IMG/VR virus record: IMGVR_UViG_3300003310_000099
Location: 202,295 to 266,294 of that record
Source: a virus
Taxonomy: Duplodnaviria; Heunggongvirae; Uroviricota; Caudoviricetes
DNA: 64,000 bases
Reading direction: 5' to 3' (one strand)
Made by a program: the position numbers and the translations under genes. The notes under the pieces are model-generated. The model did no database searches. It was not told where the DNA came from and was given only the letters and a program-made list of their open reading frames with translations. The number at the start of each line of letters is the position of its first letter. The first letter of the stretch is position 1. Positions 1-10,327 of the stretch are shown piece after piece.

Positions 1-219
1 GAGAGAGGAGCCTAAAATGAAGCTTACTTTTGGCGACTTGCAAATTGGTGATTATTTTATTGGATTCCCGTTGGATGGGGATAACGCAGGTCATGGTGGA
101 TATTTAGGAAAACACAATGTTTTCAAGAAGCTGGCTGAGCCTAATGCGGCTATCATGTTAGCTACCAAGACAATTAGCCACATGCCTAATAGCATGTTTG
201 TTTTAAGGGTGGATTTATA

Positions 220-675
220 ATGATCGAATTCAAGCTGGATGATATCTTCAAATCCGACTGCGAAGCTATCACTAACACAGTAAATTGTGTTGGTGCAATG
301 GGTGCTGGTCTGGCACTAGCATTCAAACGTCGGTATCCAGAAATGTATAAAGAATACGTTGAAGTTTGCAATAAGGGCGAACTACGTCCTGGTAAATTGC
401 ACATTTGGGAAAATCCTAATAGCCCTCCAAAATATATTATTAACTTCCCAACCAAAGACGATTTCCGTAAAGATTCAGAAATGAGTTATATCATCGAAGG
501 ACTCGTAACCTTGAAGGATGAAATCAAAGCCAGGGGTATTAAGTCTATTGCTGTACCTAGTTTAGGATGCGGATACGGGGGACTTTTGTATGAGGATGTT
601 AAGCCTCTACTTGAACAATTTGCCAAAAATTTACCAGAAAACATAAAAATTGTTATTTATGAGCCATTAAATTAA
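220..675 (+). CDS. Macrodomain ADP-ribosyl hydrolase (DarG-like)
   Basis: NTVNCVGAMGAGLA, IINFPTK and IAVPSLGCGYGGL motifs typical of DarG-type macro domains. Confidence 0.9.
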   Translation: MIEFKLDDIFKSDCEAITNTVNCVGAMGAGLALAFKRRYPEMYKEYVEVCNKGELRPGKLHIWENPNSPPKYIINFPTKDDFRKDSEMSYIIEGLVTLKDEIKARGIKSIAVPSLGCGYGGLLYEDVKPLLEQFAKNLPENIKIVIYEPLN

Positions 676-682
676 GTAAATG

Positions 683-724
683 TAACTATCCTATTCCATG
701 CACATTTATGGAATAGGATAGTTA
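683..724 (+). promoter_or_regulatory. 17-bp perfect hairpin occluding the translation start of the HNH gene
   Basis: TAACTATCCTATTCCAT (683-699) pairs with ATGGAATAGGATAGTTA (708-724); 3' arm includes AGGA and the A of ATG 724. Confidence 0.7.
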
Positions 725-1380
725 TGAATAATTTATGTTGTTGTGGGTGCGGTCAAGTAGTCGAGAAGTCAAAAAGTAAAGGCTACACAAGAAAGTACGC
801 AAATGGCCATGAGCGCGTTGCTAGAGTATTGAACTACCGAATCAAGAAGACTAAAAAATGCAATGGGTGTAAAAAAGAAAAGAATATCGGAGAATTTAGT
901 GTTAGAAATTTTACCGCTTCAAACGGACTAACATATGAAAGGTTAAGGAGTAGATGCAAAAAATGTGAAGGTGATTATGCGCATAATGTTTGGACAACGA
1001 ATCCAGAACTAAGAAGTCGTAGACGTGAATACAAAAGAAATGATAGGTCACTCAAAAGTTTGATTCAGAACCGCATTGCATCTTGGAAAAAGAAAACTCC
1101 TAACTCCGACTTGACAACTGAATATTTGCTGGGTGTTTTTGAAAAACAAGAAGGCAAATGCTATTACACTGGACAGCTTTTAGAGACGCTTAAAGCATTT
1201 GAATGGAAAGAAAAATTCCAGAACAGTATTTCTCTCGATAGACTCGATCCAGACAAAGGCTATATGCAGGGCAATGTGGTTTTTTGTTCATATGTAATCA
1301 ACACCATGAAAGGCACATTGACAGAACAAGCTTTCTATGAAAAAATGAAATTTATTTTGGCAAATAAAAACCAGAATTGA
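724..1380 (+). CDS. HNH-type homing endonuclease
   Basis: N-terminal CxCGCG, CxxC pairs, KCYYTG and SLDRLDPDKGYMQGNVVFCSYVINTMK nuclease motif; AT-rich. Confidence 0.8.
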   Translation: MNNLCCCGCGQVVEKSKSKGYTRKYANGHERVARVLNYRIKKTKKCNGCKKEKNIGEFSVRNFTASNGLTYERLRSRCKKCEGDYAHNVWTTNPELRSRRREYKRNDRSLKSLIQNRIASWKKKTPNSDLTTEYLLGVFEKQEGKCYYTGQLLETLKAFEWKEKFQNSISLDRLDPDKGYMQGNVVFCSYVINTMKGTLTEQAFYEKMKFILANKNQN

Positions 1381-1480
1381 GGCGGACGTAAGAGATGAAA
1401 GGTAGTGCTATCGCTTGGACGCGATACAGTGGAAGAGAAGTCATGGCTTGGATAGACGGCAAGATCGTTGCGCTGCGTAC

Positions 1481-1508
1481 TTTACAAACAGCAACTTTGT
1501 AGTATCAT
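1481..1508 (+). promoter_or_regulatory. sigma70-like promoter
   Basis: TTTACA-N16-TATCAT upstream of ATG 1543. Confidence 0.55.
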
Positions 1509-1542
1509 AACTGTGACAACAACCAACAACAAGGAACAAACC

Positions 1543-1995
1543 ATGAAGAAGACTTACCAGTTTTTCAACCGCACGAAGACCACCCAGCCAGCTTTTATGG
1601 GCAAGCTAAATGGGTATTTGGCTAGGTCATGGGGCAGTCTCGGCAGCATTTCGGTTAGCCTCAGCCAGCCTAAGCCCAATGAATACGAAATCATGTTCTT
1701 CCCCGCCGTGCGAGAACTGCATGGTGGTAAGAACGACGGTGAATTGTACTTCCCTGGATTTACGCTCAATATTGGTAAGTTCATCCGCGTATTCGACAAA
1801 GACCCGTCCCCAAAGGTTAAATTTGATTGCTTACAGCAATGTACAGTTGAACATCTACTGTTCATTGGCAGGATTGATGGCTCTAAGGTCAAGGTAGCTA
1901 TTCTTTCTGGACCGCCGCAAGGACAGGCTCCAGTGGAGAAGGTATATACTCAGGGACCGAAGAAGGGTATGATTGAACCTATCGAGAGGGTGTAA
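1543..1995 (+). CDS. hypothetical protein
   Basis: ORF with AAGGA SD before ATG 1543; TAATG-coupled to next gene. Confidence 0.6.
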   Translation: MKKTYQFFNRTKTTQPAFMGKLNGYLARSWGSLGSISVSLSQPKPNEYEIMFFPAVRELHGGKNDGELYFPGFTLNIGKFIRVFDKDPSPKVKFDCLQQCTVEHLLFIGRIDGSKVKVAILSGPPQGQAPVEKVYTQGPKKGMIEPIERV

Positions 1996-2447
1996 TGAAC
2001 CCTATTGAAAAATTGCGTCAAGGTGCCCGCCGTGCTAGTGGGTATCTCGACCTGTATAACATGACTGGTTCCGATGAAATGAAACAGCGTTGCGACAAGG
2101 AATTAGAAGAAGTTTTGTATAACAAAGAAATAGAAGAAGCATTTGACCGCATGGCATGGGAAGATGAGTTGGAACGGCAAAGCGAGGATTACTTCATTGA
2201 CCCATAAAATGTATAGAACTCAAAGATATCAAGAAGTTGCGGGTGATGCCACCATTTTGGATTTGGCACTAGCTTTACATTGCTGCTGTTCAGGAGCATG
2301 TGAAGGTGAACCAAAACATATGGAGGCTATTGCCGAAGTGTTAAGAGAAGTAATTAACACTTGGAAGCCACCAATTCCACAATACGCAGCTTTTGATAAT
2401 GCTTGCTTCCAAGTTGTGGAGGCAGCGTTATATGAGTATGAAAATTC

Positions 2448-3077
2448 ATGAAAGATTATCCATCTATACCTAAAGTTCTAAAAGATCATATCGACTCTGA
2501 CTGCATTGCATTCTATAAGTACGATGGCAGTCAAATTAGAGTAGAATGGTCCAAGAAAAAAGGCTGGCATAAGTTCGCAACCAGAGGCCAACTCTTCGAT
2601 AAGTCGGAGAAGACTTTCGGTTGCGCCGTAGACATTTTCAACAACACACATGCCGAAGCCTTGAACAAAGTCATCCAAGACAAATATCCTAAAGCCACAG
2701 AAATCCTGGCATTCTTGGAATTTGTAGGACCACATTCATTCGCTGGACTCCATGACCCTGGAATCTTGAATGTAGAAAGTAATGATCCCAAGGAACTAGT
2801 CCTTTTCGATATCAATATCCACAAAAAGGGCATTGTAAGTCCAGCAGAGTTTGTCAAAAACTTCTCCCACCTTCGCTCTGCCGAAGTTCTATACCAAGGC
2901 AAGCTAAACGACGACTTCATCAAGGATGTTCGTGAAGGTAAGTTTAAGGGTGAGGAAGGTGTCGTCTGTAAGGGTGGAGAAGGGCACAAAATTTGGATGG
3001 CAAAGATTAAGACTTGGGCATATTTGAAGAAGATTCAGAAGTTTTTTGGTAGCAGTTATGGGAGCTATTGGGAGTAA
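2448..3077 (+). CDS. RNA ligase-like nucleotidyltransferase
   Basis: Motif I KYDGSQ, motif III FLEFVG, motif IV EEGVVCK, motif V MAKIK. Confidence 0.7.
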   Translation: MKDYPSIPKVLKDHIDSDCIAFYKYDGSQIRVEWSKKKGWHKFATRGQLFDKSEKTFGCAVDIFNNTHAEALNKVIQDKYPKATEILAFLEFVGPHSFAGLHDPGILNVESNDPKELVLFDINIHKKGIVSPAEFVKNFSHLRSAEVLYQGKLNDDFIKDVREGKFKGEEGVVCKGGEGHKIWMAKIKTWAYLKKIQKFFGSSYGSYWE

Positions 3078-3463
3078 ACATGTTCTACTTGGATTGCTTT
3101 ATTGAGTCAGACAAAAACTTCCCTGTTAATTCTTATTGTGATGAAGACCCCGAAAAGTTGGCCAAGGTTGGTGCCGCACTACTAAAGATTGAAAATAATA
3201 TTGGCATAAATGAGCTAATTGGGCATCCCTTGGAAGAAATTATTCGTTATTATGTCGAAGAAACACTTAAATTGACTAATGACAGTCGTGAAGAAGCCGC
3301 CCGTATTCTTGGCATTGGCGAAAGAACAATATATCGCTATATTCAGGCGTGGAAAGACCAGCCAATGAAGCCGATTAAAAAAAAGAACATTTCAGGCATT
3401 GCGGAAATAAGAATAAGCAAAGAAACCAAAGGTATGAGTCCCATTAAACTTGAAGGTGATTAA
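3068..3463 (+). CDS. Fis-type HTH protein
   Basis: LKLTNDSREEAARILGIGERTIYRYI matches HTH_8 pattern. Confidence 0.7.
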   Translation: MGVNMFYLDCFIESDKNFPVNSYCDEDPEKLAKVGAALLKIENNIGINELIGHPLEEIIRYYVEETLKLTNDSREEAARILGIGERTIYRYIQAWKDQPMKPIKKKNISGIAEIRISKETKGMSPIKLEGD

Positions 3464-4518
3464 TGGAATCCTACATCGTCGGCGGCACTTTTGATAAGGA
3501 TGGCGGCAAGCCATCCTATATCGTTGGTGAAATTGCCAAGGAAACTGGTTTCTATCCCATCAATGGCGGCAACCTCAATCAATTGCAGAATTTTGATTTC
3601 TCCAAAGTTCAAACAATTATCTGGATGCCCAATGTCTCCAACGACGAAGCCAAGATTCTCCCAGACATTAAGAAAGCAAACCAAAAGCTGCTACTAGTAT
3701 CCTCTAAACGAGCTATCGAAAAGGATTACAAAGAGTCTGATGTAATTGGTCACTTATTGGCCAATAAGTCCAACCTTGGCATCATGATTACCAAGGAAGA
3801 TAAATATAACTTTAAGCTGCTAGACCCATTAGGCAATATCTGGGCTGATACTATATCTATTCCTCAGCTTTGCACCAAAATGCTTAATAGGTTAGATTTC
3901 CTTGGCAGCTTAACTAGATTTGGTTCAGAGAAGATTGGTGAGCTTAGACCATTTGATGTTGATTTAGCATTCTTGAAGATTATCCAGCGATTTGGCAATG
4001 AATTCACAAACTATGTGAATGCAGTGAATCCTAATCGTTTCCTGGGCAATGCTGCAACTCGTTGCTCTTATGGTTTTCCTTCTACAAGGAAGAATAATAG
4101 AATTTTTGTAACTCGCAGGAACGTGGATAAAACTTCCATTCAGGCGAATGATTTTGTAGAAGTTGAACCTAAAGGTGATAAAGTTGGGTATTATGGGGAT
4201 AATAAGCCATCGGTGGATACACCGATTCAGTTGAAGTTGTTTGAGCAATATCCGAATGTCAACTACATGATTCATGGGCATGTATATGCGCAAGAATCGC
4301 CTTTTACGGGTTGGATGGACACAAGGAAACCAGCAACGTCCAAGATTCCTTGCGGCTGTATCGAGGAAATTTATGAGATAGAGAAATTATTCCCAGAGCG
4401 AAGCAGTTGGAATTTTACTGTGAACCTGTTCGGTCATGGTTTTCTTGCGTTTGCTAAAGATTTAGAATATTTCGATAAAATTATGCTAAGGGGTAGGCCA
4501 TTCCCTGAAACTGTTTGA
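3463..4518 (+). CDS. Class II aldolase/adducin-domain protein
   Basis: KPSVDTPIQLKLFEQYPNVNYMIHGH (PSxE/D...HxH) and later GHG. Confidence 0.6.
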   Translation: MESYIVGGTFDKDGGKPSYIVGEIAKETGFYPINGGNLNQLQNFDFSKVQTIIWMPNVSNDEAKILPDIKKANQKLLLVSSKRAIEKDYKESDVIGHLLANKSNLGIMITKEDKYNFKLLDPLGNIWADTISIPQLCTKMLNRLDFLGSLTRFGSEKIGELRPFDVDLAFLKIIQRFGNEFTNYVNAVNPNRFLGNAATRCSYGFPSTRKNNRIFVTRRNVDKTSIQANDFVEVEPKGDKVGYYGDNKPSVDTPIQLKLFEQYPNVNYMIHGHVYAQESPFTGWMDTRKPATSKIPCGCIEEIYEIEKLFPERSSWNFTVNLFGHGFLAFAKDLEYFDKIMLRGRPFPETV

Positions 4519-4543
4519 CAAATGTGCAAGGATAGCGTAAGCT
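4515..4543 (+). promoter_or_regulatory. sigma70-like promoter
   Basis: TTGACA-N17-TAAGCT, then GGAGG SD for ORF 4573. Confidence 0.5.
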
Positions 4544-4835
4544 AAAGGAGGCTTAATACATGGAGGCTGCATATGAAACTTTCCATAAAAGAAATCAAAG
4601 AATCGGGCAAGGCTACTCCTGTAAAGTATGTTCGAGTGGGCGAAAAAGACTTTAGATTCGCTTCGCCAGAGAGCTATACCAATCACTCAGATTTGGTAGA
4701 AAAGCATGAAAATCCAGTCTCGGCTGGATTCTTCATCTATGTTGATGGTGACATACACCTTCAAGATTCGCCATCTACCACCCTGAAATTAGGACCAAAA
4801 GCAGAAGACCAAGGGCTTTTGGAGGATATTTTCAA

Positions 4836-5288
4836 ATGAAAAATCGCAGAACAGTTTTGAAGACTATGTTGGGTAGCGTCCTTGGATTTCTAGGTTTTAC
4901 GCAAACCAAGGAAGTGATAGCAGAAGACCTGGGTGTTAGTAGTTGCTCATTGAGAAGTAGCAACGGTATTGTGTGCTTTGATATTGATGATGTTATGGTG
5001 TGCGACCGCAACATTAACGTTACAACTAATAACAGATTGATTTCAAAGCCTTCAATGTCTGTAATAAGCCAAATGATTTACGGACCAACGCCGATTAATG
5101 GAACGGTAATTTTAACCAGGGATGGGTTGAAGCAGAAAATAGAATTTAAGAATTATGCTGTAAGATGTTACGGGCTTAAATACAATGGACAACACCAAAT
5201 GGATGCTGTTCATCAACATGATGTTTTGTCATTCAATGAGAATGATATAGTGATGGTTATTGATTTGGTGCCATATGACAACACATGA
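4836..5288 (+). CDS. hypothetical protein with twin-arginine-like N-terminus
   Basis: MKNRRTVLK followed by a hydrophobic stretch. Confidence 0.45.
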   Translation: MKNRRTVLKTMLGSVLGFLGFTQTKEVIAEDLGVSSCSLRSSNGIVCFDIDDVMVCDRNINVTTNNRLISKPSMSVISQMIYGPTPINGTVILTRDGLKQKIEFKNYAVRCYGLKYNGQHQMDAVHQHDVLSFNENDIVMVIDLVPYDNT

Positions 5289-5437
5289 AAAGTTAGAGTA
5301 TCTGCAAAGTCTGAAAGCTGATGTATTCACAGTTGCAGAACTTAATATACTCATGTGGAATACAAGTAAAATGTTTGCCCATGAGTATGAAGAGTACGCT
5401 ATCCACATAGATAAAATTTATGAAAGAGTGAAAAAAG

Positions 5438-5737
5438 ATGAAAGTTTACGAAACGAAAGTACATCCAGCACATGAATATAAAGCTCTTGTGTGTCGCTCT
5501 TGTGACCTATGTGGTAAGACAACCAAAGGTACTGATTGGCCTAAAGGGTTTTATTATGAAGTTAATGAAACAGAAATCAGTGTTAAGATTAAGCAAAAGG
5601 AAGGTCATAACTTTCCTGAAGGTGGGAATGGCACAGAATATGAAATAGACTTGTGCCCAGATTGTTTCAAAGACAAGTTAGTTCCTTGGCTCAAGTCTCA
5701 AGGTGCGAAAATAGAAGAAAAGGAATGGGATTGGTAA
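5438..5737 (+). CDS. small Zn-finger protein
   Basis: CDLCG...LCPDC. Confidence 0.55.
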   Translation: MKVYETKVHPAHEYKALVCRSCDLCGKTTKGTDWPKGFYYEVNETEISVKIKQKEGHNFPEGGNGTEYEIDLCPDCFKDKLVPWLKSQGAKIEEKEWDW

Positions 5738-5921
5738 TGTTATTTGCAGGTAAAACAAAATCTGGTAGTTGTCATTTGTGGCCTCGTTGGTGGGTATTTT
5801 TGTTTGGTGGTAATTACAATCAAGCCAACGGAGGTTATGGACGCTGTTACTCTATTATATCAAGAATCAGAAGATACTATCGTGAACGATGGTATGAACA
5901 ATATTCACTGATAGGCTGGAT

Positions 5922-6734
5922 ATGGCAACAAGGACCATACTCACATTAAAGGATAATATGCTTAGTAAATATCAAATAAAGACAATTCAGGATTTCATGC
6001 CGCCTGCTTGTACATTGTTAATGAAAAAGAACAATCTGCAATGCAGTGTCACCGCAACCAGAGTAGTATACGACGTTCTTACAAAACTACACTTCAAAGT
6101 CAAACCCTTGGCTGTTGAAGCAAGAGTGTACAACCCCATGTACACTCAGAAGTTGCGTCCACCAGAGAACGACGAAGAAGCAAATAAGTGGCTTGAAGAA
6201 GGTTGCTGGAGTGTAATTTTGGGTGATCTTGTGCCCAAAGCTGCCAACAAGTGGCCAGGACATTTAGTGGCCATTATCAACGATGCCTGTATCATGGATT
6301 TAACCATTGTACAAGCATATCGCCCTGATAAGAATTTAATTGTAAACCCTGTATTTGCTGAAATCAATGAAGCATTTATTCAGGGGGATATACAACGTGG
6401 CGTCATGAATAATGATTGCCTTATTGTATATCAGGCAGTCCCCTACAACCAAGATTGGTTAAAGGCTAAGGATTGGAGCAATAAGAAGGGTGTTGAGAAT
6501 ATTGAGAAGGATGTACTGGCAGAAATAAGGCTTAGAAATCGTCCTGTAAAGCAGAAGCAAGTGAGGAAAGATTCTTCAATACTGAGGGAATCAAAGCACT
6601 TAGCTTTGAAGGAGGGTTCTTATGAAGAAATCGCAGTCTCCAGACCGACCGAAATCACGAACATCCCAATCGCGGCAATCCCCCCGTTCAAAGAAGTTAT
6701 GTCGCCCAACACCGAAGGATGTGGGTCCGTTTAA
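5922..6734 (+). CDS. hypothetical protein
   Basis: Long ORF in + strand gene run; start uncertain. Confidence 0.55.
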   Translation: MATRTILTLKDNMLSKYQIKTIQDFMPPACTLLMKKNNLQCSVTATRVVYDVLTKLHFKVKPLAVEARVYNPMYTQKLRPPENDEEANKWLEEGCWSVILGDLVPKAANKWPGHLVAIINDACIMDLTIVQAYRPDKNLIVNPVFAEINEAFIQGDIQRGVMNNDCLIVYQAVPYNQDWLKAKDWSNKKGVENIEKDVLAEIRLRNRPVKQKQVRKDSSILRESKHLALKEGSYEEIAVSRPTEITNIPIAAIPPFKEVMSPNTEGCGSV

Positions 6735-6938
6735 CATTGGCATAGCATTGGGCAAGATAAACGGTGCCATAGATGAACTTGTGTGGGCGAGTATGGGGTA
6801 TAACCCATCAGAAAGAAATCATCTAATGCACTGTATTACAAGAATGGCATTGATTGTTCATAGGTATCCAAATTCCGAGAACAAAAAAGCTGATGAAGAA
6901 TTGAAGATGCTGTTGCAGAAGTATGAGGAAAAATACGC

Positions 6939-7238
6939 ATGGCTGGACGAGCTTTGGTAGTCAATATCTACAAAGATAAATTCGATGTTTATATTGGAAG
7001 AAAAGGAAAAGGTCATGATGGTTATTTTGGCAACCCTTTCCGTTTGAAACATGAGGGTGAAAGAGCCGAAATCCTAGAATTGTATCGTAAGTATTTCTAC
7101 AACAGATTGGATACTGACCCAGAATTTAAGAGTAGGATTCTAGGTCTAAAAGATAAGGTATTGGGCTGTTTTTGCAAGCCTAAACTATGCCACGGTGACG
7201 TGATTGTTGAGTGGTTAAAGGAGCAAAATAATGTTTGA
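6939..7238 (+). CDS. DUF4326-like protein
   Basis: DVYIGR, YFGNPF, LGCFCKPKLCHGDVI. Confidence 0.8.
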   Translation: MAGRALVVNIYKDKFDVYIGRKGKGHDGYFGNPFRLKHEGERAEILELYRKYFYNRLDTDPEFKSRILGLKDKVLGCFCKPKLCHGDVIVEWLKEQNNV

Positions 7239-7872
7239 ATTATTCACCGACAGAGCCAGAAAAGTAGTACAATACGCCAAAGAAGATGCGTATAAGAGAA
7301 ATTTTGAATATGTTGGCACAGAATGTATCTTGATCGGCCTGCTCAGAGAACCAAATGGTGTTGCCAACCATGTTCTCGAAAGTCTTGACGTGAGCATTGG
7401 TCGTATTCATCTCGAAATAGAAAAAATAGTTCAGACTGGCCCTGATTATGAAGTTGATAGAGACAAAATTCCATTCTCCCCAAGAGCTAAGAAGTTGTTT
7501 GAATACTCCAAGGATGAGGCCAAGACTCTTAAACATAAGTACATCGGCACCGAACACCTTCTTCTTGGCCTATTGAGAGAAGAGGAAAGTATTGCTGCAC
7601 AAATTCTTTTGAATCTTGGCGTCAACGTCAAGGCTACTCGTAAGGCTGTAATGGAATTGTTAGGTCATCCTGATATGGACCGCTACCAATTCGATAAAGT
7701 GTACAGCAATGAAGGTGAGCTTTATAATGTATTGAAACTTTATGGCAATGGTGACAAAGAACATATTGCTTTCTTTGACAATACAACCAAAAAGTTATGC
7801 GTTCCCAAGGCAGTGGAACTTGATGAATTAGCAGAGGTAATCAACGCTTGTAAGGCAAAAAATGAAACGTAA
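7231..7872 (+). CDS. Stand-alone ClpC N-terminal (Clp_N repeat) domain protein
   Basis: MFELFTDRARKVV...VGTECILIGLL and FSPRAKK...IGTEHLLLGLL repeats; no Walker A/B. Confidence 0.85.
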   Translation: MFELFTDRARKVVQYAKEDAYKRNFEYVGTECILIGLLREPNGVANHVLESLDVSIGRIHLEIEKIVQTGPDYEVDRDKIPFSPRAKKLFEYSKDEAKTLKHKYIGTEHLLLGLLREEESIAAQILLNLGVNVKATRKAVMELLGHPDMDRYQFDKVYSNEGELYNVLKLYGNGDKEHIAFFDNTTKKLCVPKAVELDELAEVINACKAKNET

Positions 7873-8266
7873 AATTGTCAGAAGTAAATGTTACCGAGTC
7901 ATCAGAAAACTGCTTAAAACTACTACGCCAGAAGTAGTAACTGGCAATCTACTTGACCAAATCGACCTTGAAAAGTTATTAATGATAATTTGCAATGAGT
8001 GTGTTTTCAAGTCTAATGCAATTCTTAATAAGAAAAAGAAAAAGTCCTGGTATGGGGTAGCTCGCCTTATCCATCGAGCAATGGATGAACTAAAACTGGA
8101 AAAAGAAAAGAAAACCATTTTCAAAGTGTCCAGAAGAGACGTTTACACTTGTAAATGTAAGAAAAGGTTTTATGTTGATCCTTTACATGATAAAAACTGT
8201 GCATTTGACGTGGATCGGGGACTTGTTATTGTAACTTGCCCCCACTGTGGAAAGAAGGAATAAATC

Positions 8267-8761
8267 ATGGGCGTAGATCATAATGCTTACATTGGGCCTT
8301 ATCTCCGTGTAACAGAAACGGTCAAGAAGGTCCAAATTGACCATTGTAAAAACCATGATCGTGGTGATGCTACTTATTGCCCTGAATGTGGTTTATCAAA
8401 ACAACAGCGTAGGGAAACACAAGAATGCAGTGATGCTCCTGATGATTGGGAAACTGAATATAAAAAAAATGGTAAAGAAGCTGATTTTAATGATTATCTT
8501 TGCTCCACATCTTTCATGTCATCCCCAGATATTATTAAAGGTAAGCGCACCTATCTTTACACACCAAACCGTTATTACGAAGAATTGAACATACCTGATA
8601 TTGATGGTGACAAGTATTCAGAAGAAGAAGTGCCATTTGACGAAATTGACGTTCCAGGGACAATTAAGAAGTTCAAAAAGCTTTTTAAGGATGAAATTGC
8701 TTATTTGGAGCAATGGTTTGAAGTGGAAGTTAAGTTTGGTTACATTAGTTATTGCTCTTAA
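8267..8761 (+). CDS. Zn-ribbon hypothetical protein (paralog of 54965..55465)
   Basis: YIGPYL, YCPECG, C-terminal VEVKFGYISYCS. Confidence 0.6.
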   Translation: MGVDHNAYIGPYLRVTETVKKVQIDHCKNHDRGDATYCPECGLSKQQRRETQECSDAPDDWETEYKKNGKEADFNDYLCSTSFMSSPDIIKGKRTYLYTPNRYYEELNIPDIDGDKYSEEEVPFDEIDVPGTIKKFKKLFKDEIAYLEQWFEVEVKFGYISYCS

Positions 8762-8818
8762 AATTTATTCAGCCTTCTTGAGTCACATGTGTAAATAATA
8801 TGTGACTCAAGGAGGTTA

Positions 8819-10306
8819 ATGGCAACTTTTAAGGCATTGATAATTTCTGGTGGCGTTACAAAGCAAATACCAGATGCAGATACACTTAATGTAGCAGCTG
8901 GTATCATTTCCGCAGCAGCAACAACAAATCTAACAATTACTGCCGCTACAGGCGTCGTTGCAGTCACTAGTGCAGCCACATTTGCCAGCACAATTACTGT
9001 AACAGGTCAAAGTAATACCAATGGTGGTATTGGCCGTTCTAGCTCTGGCACTCTAAACATTGGTAATGAACCTAATACAGTTGCAGTTAATTTTGCAACT
9101 GGCGTCAATACAACAGCAGTAAGCATTAGCCGTACTGGTCAATTAACAACTATTGCTGGTAATTTCCAGGTTAATGGCACAACCGCATTCGTAGGTACAG
9201 CCACATTCAATAGTGCAGCCGTTGTTGGCAATGGTGTCGGTGGCCCAGATACATTGGCATTTGACGCCACAACTGGACGCTTAGGCTCTATTGCCCTGCC
9301 AGACGTAAAATGGTTAAAAGAAGTAAATCACCAATTCTATGTTGATGACACAACTACAGCAGCCACTCCTGGTGGTAATTTAACGATTGCCGCTGGTTTA
9401 GGTACTGCTGCTGGTGGTAATTTAGCCCTAAATGCAGGTGCTGGCACTACTAATGGTGGTGTAAACATCGGTCTAATTAACACTATTGGTGTTAATATCG
9501 GTGCAGTTGGCGTTACAACAACCGTAACAGGCAACCTAACTCAACTAACAGGTGCATTTAGCTTAACAGGCAATGCAGCTTCCCAAGCAGTCACAACTGT
9601 TGGTGCATTAACATTAAGTGGTATTGGTGTAAATTTACAAGGTGGAGGCACCAATGCTCTTGTTATTAACAGCACAGGCACAGCATTAACAGTTCAAGCA
9701 GGTGCTATATTAGGCACAACTGGCACTGGTAATATAAACCTGCCAAATAACGCTTCTGCAAGATTCCAGGTCGAAGGTGTTGCTGTATCTGCTAATGTCA
9801 CAACAGCTAATCTTAATACATTAACAGCAGGACCAGCATCCGACGCAAGTGCATTACACACTCACTCAGGATTGGCAGGAACTGTTACAATCCCAGCAAA
9901 TGCTAATCAAACAGTGGCCGAACCTGCTGGTATTACAGCGGGTATGGCTGTTGCGGCATTAGTTGGCACAGGTGTAAGAACATGGGTAAGAGCCGATGCT
10001 TCTAATAGTGCTGTTGTATCTTGTAATTTTATTGGCGTTGCTAATACAACTGTCGCTCAGGACGGACAGATGGCGGTTATTGTCTCTGGGCAGGCAGTTA
10101 TTCCAGACGCATTCTGGGATGGCGGTGTTCCAGCACAAGCTTCCATCGGTAATAGAGTATACTTGTCTGCTACAACTCCTGGTAATTTCACACTAACTGC
10201 ACCATCTACTTCTGGACAATGGGCACAAAGAGTTGGCATTTTAACCAGAGGTGGTACTGGCGTAGCATCTATTAGTGTTGATCCAGGTGAAGGTGTTGCA
10301 ATATAA
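8819..10306 (+). CDS. Putative virion structural/fibre protein
   Basis: G/A/T/N-rich beta-type sequence, GGAGG SD, C-terminal domain shared with 11319..12128. Confidence 0.6.
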   Translation: MATFKALIISGGVTKQIPDADTLNVAAGIISAAATTNLTITAATGVVAVTSAATFASTITVTGQSNTNGGIGRSSSGTLNIGNEPNTVAVNFATGVNTTAVSISRTGQLTTIAGNFQVNGTTAFVGTATFNSAAVVGNGVGGPDTLAFDATTGRLGSIALPDVKWLKEVNHQFYVDDTTTAATPGGNLTIAAGLGTAAGGNLALNAGAGTTNGGVNIGLINTIGVNIGAVGVTTTVTGNLTQLTGAFSLTGNAASQAVTTVGALTLSGIGVNLQGGGTNALVINSTGTALTVQAGAILGTTGTGNINLPNNASARFQVEGVAVSANVTTANLNTLTAGPASDASALHTHSGLAGTVTIPANANQTVAEPAGITAGMAVAALVGTGVRTWVRADASNSAVVSCNFIGVANTTVAQDGQMAVIVSGQAVIPDAFWDGGVPAQASIGNRVYLSATTPGNFTLTAPSTSGQWAQRVGILTRGGTGVASISVDPGEGVAI

Positions 10307-10326
10307 AATAGATTACTATTTTATAT
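10301..10326 (+). terminator. AT-rich hairpin between genes, overlapping a TACTAT element
   Basis: ATATAAAATAG-ATTA-CTATTTTATAT 11-bp stem. Confidence 0.35.
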
Positions 10327-10327
10327 C

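Noticed and set aside
550-561. GCTGTACCTAGT partial match to the dispersed element
   Set aside because: Lacks CTTA and lies in the conserved IAVPSLGCG coding motif of the macrodomain.
1381-1502. GC-richer stretch after the HNH with a TATCGC/GCGATA hairpin as possible intron or ncRNA
   Set aside because: No group I/II core recognised; adequately explained by a 35-aa ORF (MKGSAIAWTRYSG..., 1395-1502).
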